64,000 nt of DNA from Flavobacteriales bacterium (GTDB lineage Bacteria > Bacteroidota > Bacteroidia > Palsa-965), in assembly GCA_040377305.1 (NCBI GenBank), contig JBEIPA010000011.1:117495-181494 (forward strand), given 5' to 3'. Positions 40,550-50,621 of the stretch are shown piece after piece (position 1 is the first letter of the stretch; each line of letters begins with the position of its first letter). The notes beneath the pieces are model-generated. The model saw only the letters and a program-made list of their open reading frames with translations, made no database searches and was not told where the DNA came from. The position numbers and the translations under genes were made by a program.

Positions 40550-41710
40550 ATGGCTAAAGAAGTTAAAAACGTTGAATACGGTCTCGAAAAGATTTTCGAA
40601 GGAGCACAGGATTTTCTTCCCTTGCTCGGAACCGATTATGTAGAATTTTATGTAGGCAATGCGAAGCAAGCCGCTCACTTTTACAAAACAGCTTTCGGAT
40701 TTCAGTCGTACGCGTACGCTGGATTAGAAACCGGATTGAAAGACCGCACATCGTATGTAATTGCGCAGGATAAAATTCGCATTGTGTTAACCACGGCGCT
40801 AACGAGTGACAATCCGATTGGCGAACACGTGAAGAAGCATGGTGATGGTGTGAAGGTAATTGCGTTGTGGGTTGAAGATGCGCGCAGTGCGTTTGAGGAA
40901 ACAACCAAGCGTGGCGCGAAAGTGTACATGGAGCCTGTGATAGAGAAAGACGAACATGGTGAAACAGTTCGGGCAGGAATCTACACGTATGGTGAAACTG
41001 TGCACATGTTTGTAGAGCGTAAAAACTACAAAGGAAAATTTCTACCCGGATTTGTTGAGTGGAAATCAGATTACAATCCGGCTCCGGTTGGATTGAAGTT
41101 CATCGATCACATGGTTGGCAATGTGGGCTGGGGAGAAATGAACACCTGGGTTAAATGGTACGAAGAAGTGATGGGATTTGTGAACTTCCTTTCATTCGAC
41201 GATAAGCAAATCACCACGGAATATTCTGCGTTGATGTCGAAAGTGATGTCGAACGGAAACGGTCGCATTAAGTTTCCGATTAACGAGCCTGCAAAAGGAA
41301 AAAAGAAATCGCAGATTGAAGAGTACATCGATTTCTATGAAGGTCCCGGCGCACAACACATCGCGATTGCGACAGACGACATCATCAAGACGGTTACCGA
41401 GTTGCGCGCACGCGGAGTTGAATTTTTGTCTGCTCCACCTGCAGCGTATTACGAAGACATTCCAAATCGTCTCGGAAAGCACATGGAAATGATGCACGAA
41501 GACATTTCCGTTCTTCAGAAGCTCGCTATTCTTGTTGACGCCGATGAAGAAGGATATCTCCTGCAGATTTTCACCAAACCGGTTGAAGATCGTCCGACAT
41601 TGTTCTATGAAATTATTCAGCGCATGGGAGCAAAAGGCTTTGGAGCGGGAAATTTCAAAGCGTTGTTTGAATCGATAGAACGTGAGCAAGCAAAGCGCGG
41701 AACGCTCTAA
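40550..41710 (+). CDS. hppD: 4-hydroxyphenylpyruvate dioxygenase
   Basis: DHMVGNV, PINEP, SQIEEY, QHIA, LLQIFTKP and EIIQR..GFG.GNF motifs. Confidence 0.97.
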   Translation: MAKEVKNVEYGLEKIFEGAQDFLPLLGTDYVEFYVGNAKQAAHFYKTAFGFQSYAYAGLETGLKDRTSYVIAQDKIRIVLTTALTSDNPIGEHVKKHGDGVKVIALWVEDARSAFEETTKRGAKVYMEPVIEKDEHGETVRAGIYTYGETVHMFVERKNYKGKFLPGFVEWKSDYNPAPVGLKFIDHMVGNVGWGEMNTWVKWYEEVMGFVNFLSFDDKQITTEYSALMSKVMSNGNGRIKFPINEPAKGKKKSQIEEYIDFYEGPGAQHIAIATDDIIKTVTELRARGVEFLSAPPAAYYEDIPNRLGKHMEMMHEDISVLQKLAILVDADEEGYLLQIFTKPVEDRPTLFYEIIQRMGAKGFGAGNFKALFESIEREQAKRGTL

Positions 41711-41849
41711 TAGGAATTGAGGAATTAGGGGATTGGGGAATTTGGGCAAGGCTTGAATTCCCTGATTTTTTTCTATGGGAATTGCAATCCTATTCTGCCC
41801 AAATTCCTTAATCCCCAATACCCTAATCCCTAATCCCTAATTCCTTAAT
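41711..41849. repeat. Inverted repeat of 7-8-nt GGAATT/AATCCCT units
   Basis: TAGGAATTGAGGAATTAGGGGATTGGGGAATTTGGGC faces GCCCAAATTCCTTAATCCCCAATACCCTAATCCCTAATCCCTAATTCCT. Confidence 0.8.
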
Positions 41850-41857
41850 TTCACCCC

Positions 41858-42412
41858 ATGTCCCGCAAACGTATCGGCTTACTCATTGCAATTTTCCTCT
41901 TAGCAGGATTTCTCGTGTGGCTTGTTTTCTTTCGTCAGGATGGAATGAAAAATGTACGCGCTGATTCGGCAAGTGGAGCACACTATTCATTGGAAGTTCC
42001 GCCCGATATGGAACCGACGTACTTCAACAACGACAATGCGGCGTTCCAGTTTACCTCTGAGAAGAGCGGTTATTCGATGATGGTCATCGACGATTCGAAA
42101 GAAAGAATTGCATCGTTCGGACTTGATTATGATCTCGAAACGTACATGAAGATTGCAACGCGTACACTCGACAGCGCAGGACTGTATGTTAACTCCACCA
42201 TTGATGTTAACGGAGGAAAAGCATTACAAGCAACTGTGCAGGGAAAGCGCGACGGTGTTGCCACGACGTTCATTTTAACATGCGTTGAAACTCAAGCGTT
42301 TTACTATCAGCTCGTCTGCTGGTCGCCCAACGACAAATTTGAAGCGAATAAACCGACGCTCGAAGGCTTGATTAACTCCTTCAAGGAAGAAAATCCGCAG
42401 CCGGTCGAGTAA
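41858..42412 (+). CDS. Hypothetical membrane-anchored protein (PsbP/DUF1795-like fold possible)
   Basis: One N-terminal TM helix and an FYYQLVCW...INSFKE ending. Confidence 0.75.
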   Translation: MSRKRIGLLIAIFLLAGFLVWLVFFRQDGMKNVRADSASGAHYSLEVPPDMEPTYFNNDNAAFQFTSEKSGYSMMVIDDSKERIASFGLDYDLETYMKIATRTLDSAGLYVNSTIDVNGGKALQATVQGKRDGVATTFILTCVETQAFYYQLVCWSPNDKFEANKPTLEGLINSFKEENPQPVE

Positions 42413-42528
42413 TTCATACTGAATTTCACTTTTTGAGAGTGAGCACGTAAGAAGTCACTACTTCTTTGTGGATGAATTGGGTGTGCACATCCTGAAATTC
42501 GTAACTTGACTACGGCAAACAATTTCTG

Positions 42529-45500
42529 ATGACAATACTTTTTACTTTACGGAGGAGTTTCGTGCTGTTCGCAGTATTGTTAACGTCTATTCTCCCGGCA
42601 CAAACGTACTGGATGAACAACGCCGGCGGTCCGACGATCGATGAAGGCATGGACATTTCCATTGATGCAGCCGGAAATTCGTACATCACCGGATATTTTA
42701 CCTCGGCGTGTAATTTCGGTTCAACCACATTGCTCTCCAATGGAATCGACGATGTGTTTCTGGCAAAGCTCGATGCAACCGGTCAGTACGTGTGGGCGCA
42801 GAAAGCAGGTGGCACCGGGTCGGAGCGCGGACTTTCCATCAAGACTGATGCAGCAGGTAACAGTTACATCACCGGTTACTTTTACGGGAGCTCAACTTTC
42901 GGAAGTATAACGATCAACTCGGCTGGAGCTCAGGATGCGTTCATTGCGAAGTATGACAATGCAGGAACGTGTTTGTGGGCGAAGAGTGCGGGTGGTGCAG
43001 GACCCGACATCGGAAACGGAATTACTGTCGACAACAGCGGCAACGTTATTGTGACCGGAGAATTTACCGGCACATCTACATTCGGTGCAGCAGTTCTAAC
43101 CAGCATGAACGGAAGCACGGATGTGTTCACCACTAAGCTGGATGGAAACGGAAATTTTCTCTGGACGAAAAAAGGTTCGGCTCATCTGACAGATCGTGGG
43201 ATTGATGTGACTTCCGATAACAGTGGTAACATTTACATCACGGGTCAGTTTTCAGATACAATTACATTCGATGTTGTGCATCTGAATAATATGCAAAACG
43301 CCGTGTTCATTGTGAAGTACGATGCTTCGGGTAATGAAGTATGGTATCGTAAAATCGGTGCGGGTGCAATGAACGTTTCCAATTCCATTGTTTCAGACGG
43401 CACAGGTGTTTATGTCGTTGGTGATTTTCAAGGCACGATCACTTTTTTCGGAACCGTAAATGTGAACCTGACGAGTTCGTGGGTGAACGGAATATTTCTT
43501 GCGAAGTATGATGCCTCCGGAAACGTAATCTGGAATGTTGCGGAAGGTTCAGATTCTCCAGTCACTGCAAGAACAGTTGGTGTGAACGGAACTGATCTAA
43601 CGATTGGCGGACATTTTAAATGCACATTCGATAGTTACAGCGATCGATACATGCCCGCTAACTTTAATAGTTCCGGCTACTGGGATGTTTTCACAGGAAA
43701 GTATAATGCAAGTAGTGGTGCATTCACCATTGCGAGACAAATCGGAGGGAAGGATGATCAAACCTGTAACGGTGTTGTTGCAGACGCCAGTGGCAATCCG
43801 CACATCGCAGGCTCGTACGAAATCGACTGCGTGATTCCTGTCTCCGGAAATTTCTATGGCTTTCCAAATTTTCCGACATATAACATGGTGTCCGCATCGA
43901 ACATTGCAACAACTGGTGGATTGTGCAGTGATCCGTCCTATGCGTCCTATGCGCGTGCATGGTCACAAGGAAGCTCCGATATTTTCGTTGGCAATTTCTT
44001 AGATCCAGCGCGTTCGTTATACGATTATTATTTTCACACAGCATGCAGTGGAGATTTTGTGGGAACATGCATCGATGAATACAACGGTTACGATAACAGT
44101 GATTGTCCGGATACACTTGACGTTTGTTCACAAGCGAACTTGTATGCGATGACGAATACAAGCGTACTCGCATTATCGCCAAATATTCCGCGAATTGGTC
44201 CTGACTTCACCTGGTTGTGGTCGACGGGGCAGACGTCGCAAACGATAACAGTGAGTGCAACCGGGAATTATTCTGTGGTGATGACAACAGCAGACGGTTG
44301 TTACACCAGTGAAGACACCGTTCATCTGATCGTCCATCCGCCACCACCAATTCCATGCATGAGTGATAATGTTATCGTGAATACGAACTCAACAAACCCA
44401 CAAGACCTTATTATTTGTGGAGATTCTCTTTTGCTGGTCGGTGGATGTTTCGCGCCCGGAACAACGGTTGCATGGTATGGCAATCAATTCTCTCCAACCA
44501 ACTGGCCCAATGATTCGGCATGGATTGATACTTCAGGTACGTACTCATTCATAGTCACTGATATTTTCGGGTGCTCGAATGCAGTAACAGTCGACGTCAC
44601 GATCGATCAGCCATTGGCGATGATTGATCCCGCGATGATTTTCCTGAACGATTCAAACTTTGATGATACAATCATTATTTGTGACGGAGATCCGCTTTTC
44701 ATCTATCCATACGATTCGCTGAATAATCCCACCTGGAATTTCGAATGCATAGAAAATGATTCGATTATTTTCTGGAACATTTCTCCCGGTGCGCCAACTG
44801 CAACAATTCTTCCGTATACAGATTGTGTGAATTTCCTTTGGCAACAAACCACAGCGCAGGTTCACGATACTGCATGGTACACGGTGACTGCAACACTTGT
44901 CCGAACGAGTGCATGTGGCAACGACACCATTGTTTTCAGCGACAGCATTTATGTCATAGTTCTACCGGCGCCTCCACCTATACCTTACAATCTCGTCATC
45001 ACAGGCGACACGTTGATGTGTCCGGGTGATTCTATTCCGCTTACAGTTACCGGAGGATCTGATTATGTGTGGAACACAGGTGATACGACTTCAACAATCT
45101 GGATCACGCAAGGAGGAAGTTATTACGTGACTTGCGTCGACACTACCTGTAATGCACTCAACTGTTGTACCGTGAGTAGCGACATCGCGAACATCTACAT
45201 TAATATGTGGCCGCAACCGATTATTACGTTGTTGCCATCCACCGGCGTTATTTGTCCGGGCGATTCAGTGCTCGCAGTTTGCAGTGGAACCGGATCGTTT
45301 GTTTGGCAAGGACCCAATGGACCGATTCCCGGAAACGTAGATTCCATCTGGATTACTTCTCCGGGAATTTACAATTGTATTGTCACGAGCCCTGATAGCT
45401 GTCAATTGCTTTCAAATACTGTAAACATTCAGCAATACAACACGCCATCTATTCAGGCCTCACCCGCAGGAATTATTTGTCCGGGAGATTCTGTTACGCT

Positions 45501-46395
45501 TACACTCGTCGCAAGTAACGGAAGTTTTGTTGCGTGGTTGCCACCATTGAGTGGAAGTGGGTTGACACAGGTTGTGACTTCGGCAGGAACGTATGGAGTT
45601 TCCGTACAAGGTTGCAGCATCATCACCACGGCGTACGTTACCATTGATCCGACCTCAGTAAGTGCAACAATTACTCCGTTGTCGGACCTCACAGTTTGCG
45701 AAGGCGATTCAATTCTGCTTGGGGCCAATTCCGGAATGGATTCTTACAATTGGGCGCCGGGAAATCTCCCGGACAGCATTGTGTACGTTTATCTCGATGG
45801 AAATTACATTCTCACAACGGCAGACAGTGGTGGTTGCGAAGCGCGTGATACCATTTCAATTGCATTTGTGCAGAACAACCTTAGCTCTCCGTTGGTATCA
45901 GATACTTCAGTTTGCCGCGGAATGCCCTTCACGCTTGTTGCAGGTGGTCAACCAACAATTGTTTGGGCAACTGCAAACGGAAACGCATTGTGGACGGGAA
46001 ATGAATTCACGCTTTCATCGGGATTGCAAACAGATTCCACTTTCTGGTTGCTCACAGATGATGGAATTTGCCGCAGTGGAATGACTCCGGTCACAATAAC
46101 GATTGAAGAGTGTCCGCCATTAACACCAAATGTATTCACTCCGAATGGTGATGGATCAAACGACTATTTTCAGTTGTACGAACCCGAAGCAACTTCCATT
46201 CATGTCGAGATCTATGATCGCTGGGGTGTGAAGATTTACGAGTACAATGATTTGTATGGTTACTGGGATGGAACGTATCAGCCAACAGGCAAACTTTGCT
46301 CAGACGGAGTTTACTATTGGATTGCGGATATCGGGTTGTTCAATGGGAACACGAAGAAGAGTGGGTTTGTGCATCTGCTCACGAACGGGTATTAA
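42529..46395 (+). CDS. SBBP-repeat and Ig-like protein with T9SS type B (gliding motility-associated) C-terminal domain
   Basis: SBBP repeats, ICPGDS..L Ig-like repeats and PNVFTPNGDG.ND.F...IYDRWG...WDG...DGVYY. Confidence 0.92.
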   Translation: MTILFTLRRSFVLFAVLLTSILPAQTYWMNNAGGPTIDEGMDISIDAAGNSYITGYFTSACNFGSTTLLSNGIDDVFLAKLDATGQYVWAQKAGGTGSERGLSIKTDAAGNSYITGYFYGSSTFGSITINSAGAQDAFIAKYDNAGTCLWAKSAGGAGPDIGNGITVDNSGNVIVTGEFTGTSTFGAAVLTSMNGSTDVFTTKLDGNGNFLWTKKGSAHLTDRGIDVTSDNSGNIYITGQFSDTITFDVVHLNNMQNAVFIVKYDASGNEVWYRKIGAGAMNVSNSIVSDGTGVYVVGDFQGTITFFGTVNVNLTSSWVNGIFLAKYDASGNVIWNVAEGSDSPVTARTVGVNGTDLTIGGHFKCTFDSYSDRYMPANFNSSGYWDVFTGKYNASSGAFTIARQIGGKDDQTCNGVVADASGNPHIAGSYEIDCVIPVSGNFYGFPNFPTYNMVSASNIATTGGLCSDPSYASYARAWSQGSSDIFVGNFLDPARSLYDYYFHTACSGDFVGTCIDEYNGYDNSDCPDTLDVCSQANLYAMTNTSVLALSPNIPRIGPDFTWLWSTGQTSQTITVSATGNYSVVMTTADGCYTSEDTVHLIVHPPPPIPCMSDNVIVNTNSTNPQDLIICGDSLLLVGGCFAPGTTVAWYGNQFSPTNWPNDSAWIDTSGTYSFIVTDIFGCSNAVTVDVTIDQPLAMIDPAMIFLNDSNFDDTIIICDGDPLFIYPYDSLNNPTWNFECIENDSIIFWNISPGAPTATILPYTDCVNFLWQQTTAQVHDTAWYTVTATLVRTSACGNDTIVFSDSIYVIVLPAPPPIPYNLVITGDTLMCPGDSIPLTVTGGSDYVWNTGDTTSTIWITQGGSYYVTCVDTTCNALNCCTVSSDIANIYINMWPQPIITLLPSTGVICPGDSVLAVCSGTGSFVWQGPNGPIPGNVDSIWITSPGIYNCIVTSPDSCQLLSNTVNIQQYNTPSIQASPAGIICPGDSVTLTLVASNGSFVAWLPPLSGSGLTQVVTSAGTYGVSVQGCSIITTAYVTIDPTSVSATITPLSDLTVCEGDSILLGANSGMDSYNWAPGNLPDSIVYVYLDGNYILTTADSGGCEARDTISIAFVQNNLSSPLVSDTSVCRGMPFTLVAGGQPTIVWATANGNALWTGNEFTLSSGLQTDSTFWLLTDDGICRSGMTPVTITIEECPPLTPNVFTPNGDGSNDYFQLYEPEATSIHVEIYDRWGVKIYEYNDLYGYWDGTYQPTGKLCSDGVYYWIADIGLFNGNTKKSGFVHLLTNGY

Positions 46396-46500
46396 CCACA
46401 TAGGATCATAGCCCGTTGTTTTCTTGTTGGGAGAAAGAATTACATAGTTCACAAGAGAAAATCGCCTTTGGCGATTTTCTCTTGTGAACTATGATCGCGT
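46391..46500. repeat. Palindromic element with 24-bp perfect stem; probable bidirectional terminator
   Basis: CATAGTTCACAAGAGAAAATCGCC (46443-46466)-TTT-GGCGATTTTCTCTTGTGAACTATG (46470-46493), preceded by TTAACCACATAGGATCATAG. Confidence 0.8.
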
Positions 46501-46507
46501 AGCGCCA

Positions 46508-46561
46508 TAGCACCTCCTTGAGTTCCTTATCATCAATCACACTGAGTGAATCAATCATCAC
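46508..46561 (-). pseudogene. Displaced, decaying 3' end of aspS
   Basis: Translates as VMIDSLSVIDDKELKEVL versus [18 protein letters not shown] in aspS (10/18 identical). The first 16 nt are identical to 48284-48299. Confidence 0.8.
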
Positions 46562-48299
46562 CCTGCAATCTGTGCTGAATTAAAACGAGAAAAAAGTTTA
46601 ATCAATCGTTAAGGAAGCTTTTCCGTGAGCGGCTTTCAGAATTTCTTCACCTTGATACACGTATTCAATTGTTATACGTGATTCGTATTGTCCTATAAAA
46701 TCGCGACTCTTAAAATAGGCCACCAATGGGTTAACCTTGTTAAATAAAAATGTTAACGACTCACCTGGCGGAATAACGTTGGGTTGCTCATCATATAAAT
46801 GTTTCTTATAGGTCCCAACCATATTATTTTCGTGATATCCTTCAAATTGATATGTCAATAAGGTCACTTCTTTTGAACCATTGTTCTTAAAGTTGAATTC
46901 TATCTGAGTATTTTCTCCACGTCTTAATCGATTTACAATATAACGAGGTTGAAAGATAAGTTCTGCAGTTTCGAGACTTTCCGTTCCAAAGAATTTGTGG
47001 GCTAATTTCTCCAGAAAGTCAGTTCCATCATGATCTACCACAATTAAACCTCTGTTCTCTAGGACTTTTTTTCTCAGAGGATCGATGTTCTTAATTACCG
47101 CATAACTTTTTCTAGAAGATCTCTGAGTTTTTCTGGTCCAATAGAGAATGTTGTTGGTGTTAATATCATTTAATCCAAAACCTATAAATAAGATACACTT
47201 GGAAGAAAAAACATATTCCAGATACGAATTGATGTTAGGGAACTTATTTAGATAATTGTAGAAATCGGACTCTGTAATAATTACATTGTGAATATCATCT
47301 AAGTCGCTGTGAATTTTTACCACAATCGGTTGACCAGACTTGATCTTCCAGATTTCTTCATTCCTCTTAACTGTAACGTATTCAGAGGATATGCCTTCAG
47401 CAAGCTCATCGTAATTCGTTGTTAGGATTGTGTCAAACGGAATACAACTAATTAAATTGAATGGGTGACGATTCTCCTCTGGGATATCAATTAGGATTTC
47501 TTTTTTCAAAAAGGAAATCAATTCATGTCGACCGAATTCAACTTCAAAGTACTCGGCCCATTCAGGAAGATTAATTCCTTCAGCCTCACATCGGCCCAAT
47601 TGGCGCGCTAGTTTTTTTGCAAGGTCTCGACCTGTTGGAATGCCACAGTTATTTGAAAGCCCAGCACCAATAAAAATGACGCATTCGCCTTTATCGATAA
47701 TTTCTGCAATTTTTTCGATGTGATGCTGCATTCTAGGACAATAGCTCTTTCATTTTGTACGCCAAGTCTTCATACATAGAAGGGTTATCGATAATTGCAC
47801 TTCCTTGCTTGGGATCGAAATGCGACTTGATAGAATCAGTAGATATTTTATACACTCCAAATTCGCTGAAATCGGTAAGATAATGGACGAAAATAACAAA
47901 GTCGTACTGAATCTGTTCAAGTGGCGTATGAATCACAAATGAATTAATGGGCTTATTATTCTTAACGCGATGAATATTAAATTCATATTTAGATCCATTG
48001 TCATCCATAGCGTCATACCCTATTTCACTTGTCATTCTTAGTCCTAGTATTTTAACTATTAGACCCGCAATTAGATCATGATGCAGTTTAGTATCTGTCG
48101 TGTCATGTTTTATAAGCCCTTGACTACTCAACCGTTCTACTTTTCTCCTCTTAGTAGTAATGTATTGCTTCAAATGTTTGAAATATTGATTATAATCTTT
48201 TTGCTTAAGAAAATACTCTAGAATGCCGAGATGGTCTAGTGACACAAAAATTTCATCCAACTGCTTTTCATCAAGACGGCTCGGTGAATCAATCATCAC
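46546..48299 (-). mobile_element. Integrase-free islet inserted in the aspS 3' end, bounded by a 16-bp direct repeat
   Basis: GTGAATCAATCATCAC at 46546-46561 and 48284-48299; the interior is visibly AT-rich relative to the aspS core. Confidence 0.75.
46598..47731 (-). CDS. SIR2-like (SIR2_2) domain protein with beta-rich, possibly Ig-like C-terminal domain
   Basis: FIGAGLS...G.P, ILTTNYD, KIH and LFIGFGL.D motifs; ATG is 1 nt after the aspS stop. Confidence 0.88.
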   Translation of the reverse strand: MQHHIEKIAEIIDKGECVIFIGAGLSNNCGIPTGRDLAKKLARQLGRCEAEGINLPEWAEYFEVEFGRHELISFLKKEILIDIPEENRHPFNLISCIPFDTILTTNYDELAEGISSEYVTVKRNEEIWKIKSGQPIVVKIHSDLDDIHNVIITESDFYNYLNKFPNINSYLEYVFSSKCILFIGFGLNDINTNNILYWTRKTQRSSRKSYAVIKNIDPLRKKVLENRGLIVVDHDGTDFLEKLAHKFFGTESLETAELIFQPRYIVNRLRRGENTQIEFNFKNNGSKEVTLLTYQFEGYHENNMVGTYKKHLYDEQPNVIPPGESLTFLFNKVNPLVAYFKSRDFIGQYESRITIEYVYQGEEILKAAHGKASLTID

Positions 48300-49979
48300 A
48301 TCTCTGCCGGAATTGTTTTTCGGGAATGCAATGACATCGCGGATCGAATCGACACCACCGAAGAGTGAACACAATCGATCGAAGCCGAATGCGATTCCAC
48401 CGTGCGGAGGAGCGCCGTACTCGAATGCGTTCATCAGGAAGCCGAACTGAGCTTGCGCTTCTTCCGCTGTGAAACCAAGTGTTTCGAACATTTTTGCCTG
48501 TAGTCCTCTGTCGAAGATTCGGATTGAACCGCCGCCAACTTCAACACCGTTGATGACCATATCATAAGCGTTCGCGCGAATATCTCCGAACTGCGATTTG
48601 TCGGAAAGTTTCGCAACGTCTTCCGGCCAAGGTGCTGTGAACGGATGGTGCATTGCAAACCAACGATCGTGTTCTTCGTTGTATTCAAGCAATGGGAAAT
48701 CAATCACCCACAGGCAAGAGAATTTATTTCTGTCGCGCAAACCAAGTTGTGTTCCCATTTCGAGACGCAACTCAGAAAGTGCTTTACGCGTTTTGTCTTT
48801 TCCGCCAGCGAGAATAAGCATCAAGTCGCCTGCTTCAGCACCGAATGCAGTTGCCCATTTCTTCAGGTCTTCTTCGTTGTAGAATTTATCGACTGAAGAT
48901 TTGATTGTGCCATCGCCATTATAGCGTGCATACACTAATCCGGTTGCACCAATTTGCGGACGCTTCACGAATTCAGTGAGCTCATCAAGTTGCTTACGTG
49001 TATAACCCGCAGCACCTTTTGCACAAATACCGACTACGAGTTCTGCGTCGTTGAATACTTTGAACTCTTTGCCTTTCACAACGTCGTTGAGTTCAACGAA
49101 CTTCATTTCAAAACGTGTGTCGGGTTTATCATTGCCGTAGTACTTCGCTGCATCAGCATAACTCATGTGCGGCAATGTTCCGATATCGACACCTTTCACT
49201 TTCTGGAAAAGATGACGGATCAATCCTTCGAACATTTCGAGAATATCAGCACGCTCCACAAAGCTCATTTCACAATCGATCTGTGTAAATTCCGGCTGAC
49301 GATCTGCACGCAAATCTTCATCGCGGAAACATTTTACGATCTGGAAATAGCGATCCATTCCGGCAACCATCAATAGTTGCTTGAACGTTTGTGGTGACTG
49401 CGGCAAAGCGTAGAACTGTCCGGCATTCATGCGTGAAGGCACAACGAAATCGCGCGCACCCTCGGGAGTAGATTTGATCAGCACCGGAGTTTCAACTTCA
49501 ATGAAATCCTGGTTGCTTAAGTATTGGCGTGTTTCCTGTGCAAGTTTATGACGAAGCATCAAGGACTCACGAACAGGTGTACGGCGAATATCGAGGTAAC
49601 GATACTTCATGCGTAGATCATCGCCACCATCTGTTTCATCTTCGATTGTGAACGGAGGTGTTTTCGCAACATTCAGAATCTTGATTGCATCGCAAACAAT
49701 CTCCACATCACCCGTTCCGATTTTCGGATTCTTGTTTTCGCGCTCGCGAACAGTTCCGCTTACTTGCACAACAAATTCGCGTGAGAGCTTTCGGGCCTGC
49801 TCGCACAATTCGGCATTCGTACCCATGTTGAATGCAAGCTGCGTGATGCCATAACGATCCCGAAGATCAACGAAGGTAAGTCCACCGAAATCGCGAGAGG
49901 TCTGAACCCATCCGCAGAGGGTAACAGGTTTACCGGCATCAGAAAGTCGTAATTGGCCGCAGTTATGAGTACGAAGCAT
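47733..49979 (-). CDS. aspS: Aspartate--tRNA ligase with an atypical ~168-aa C-terminal extension
   Basis: [53 protein letters not shown] and IAFPK motifs. The canonical end is near residue 580 but the ORF runs to 748. Confidence 0.97.
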   Translation of the reverse strand: MLRTHNCGQLRLSDAGKPVTLCGWVQTSRDFGGLTFVDLRDRYGITQLAFNMGTNAELCEQARKLSREFVVQVSGTVRERENKNPKIGTGDVEIVCDAIKILNVAKTPPFTIEDETDGGDDLRMKYRYLDIRRTPVRESLMLRHKLAQETRQYLSNQDFIEVETPVLIKSTPEGARDFVVPSRMNAGQFYALPQSPQTFKQLLMVAGMDRYFQIVKCFRDEDLRADRQPEFTQIDCEMSFVERADILEMFEGLIRHLFQKVKGVDIGTLPHMSYADAAKYYGNDKPDTRFEMKFVELNDVVKGKEFKVFNDAELVVGICAKGAAGYTRKQLDELTEFVKRPQIGATGLVYARYNGDGTIKSSVDKFYNEEDLKKWATAFGAEAGDLMLILAGGKDKTRKALSELRLEMGTQLGLRDRNKFSCLWVIDFPLLEYNEEHDRWFAMHHPFTAPWPEDVAKLSDKSQFGDIRANAYDMVINGVEVGGGSIRIFDRGLQAKMFETLGFTAEEAQAQFGFLMNAFEYGAPPHGGIAFGFDRLCSLFGGVDSIRDVIAFPKNNSGRDVMIDSPSRLDEKQLDEIFVSLDHLGILEYFLKQKDYNQYFKHLKQYITTKRRKVERLSSQGLIKHDTTDTKLHHDLIAGLIVKILGLRMTSEIGYDAMDDNGSKYEFNIHRVKNNKPINSFVIHTPLEQIQYDFVIFVHYLTDFSEFGVYKISTDSIKSHFDPKQGSAIIDNPSMYEDLAYKMKELLS

Positions 49980-50060
49980 TTGAATAGTATGAATGAGCCG
50001 CGAAATTACGAAACTGTTCGCTGTTCACCGTGAAAAGGTTTGCAAACCAACTTCAACGAC

Positions 50061-50609
50061 TTAGTTTCCTGCCACAGACGAGTTCAACGAATTTGTCGGA
50101 TCGATATAGAACATTTTCTTCCAACCCTGATGATCTCCATCGATTTGCCAGAAATAGGGAATCAAAGTAGCAATGGAATAATGCAGATGTGGTGATTTTC
50201 CTGCAGCATTGCCGGACGTGCCGACTGTGCCGATAGTTTCACCGGAACTTACGAAATCAAAGGTTTCTGCTATTTGAGTTTGTAGATGAGCGTAATAGTG
50301 AACTCTCCATTTTGGGCCGAGAACTAGAATCACATTTCCGCCAATGCCCATGGTGCCGCTGTAAATTACAATTCCACCGGTGGCGGAAAGAACATTTGTG
50401 CCTTCTTTGGCGAAGATATCAACTCCTTTGTGCGTTCCTGATTTGCCCCAAGGATAGTACCAGAACGACTCTTGATTGTAATCGTTATCAGTTGCACCTT
50501 TAACTGGGAGCTCAAAATTTTCAGGAAGTAGGAAGCCTATGAAGATCACAACAACTGACACCCACAGAAATTTCTTCTTTCGGGATAGCGAACTCCAATA
50601 GTTTTTCAT
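50061..50609 (-). CDS. M23 family metallopeptidase
   Basis: HKGVDIFA, YYAHL and GTSGNA...PHLH motifs. Confidence 0.9.
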   Translation of the reverse strand: MKNYWSSLSRKKKFLWVSVVVIFIGFLLPENFELPVKGATDNDYNQESFWYYPWGKSGTHKGVDIFAKEGTNVLSATGGIVIYSGTMGIGGNVILVLGPKWRVHYYAHLQTQIAETFDFVSSGETIGTVGTSGNAAGKSPHLHYSIATLIPYFWQIDGDHQGWKKMFYIDPTNSLNSSVAGN

Positions 50610-50621
50610 TCTTGCTGAGGA

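Noticed and set aside
46380-46395. The 1288-aa protein and the GxxExxY protein both end in NGY-stop next to an IR arm
   Set aside because: Only three residues match, and the arm orientation differs; likely coincidence.
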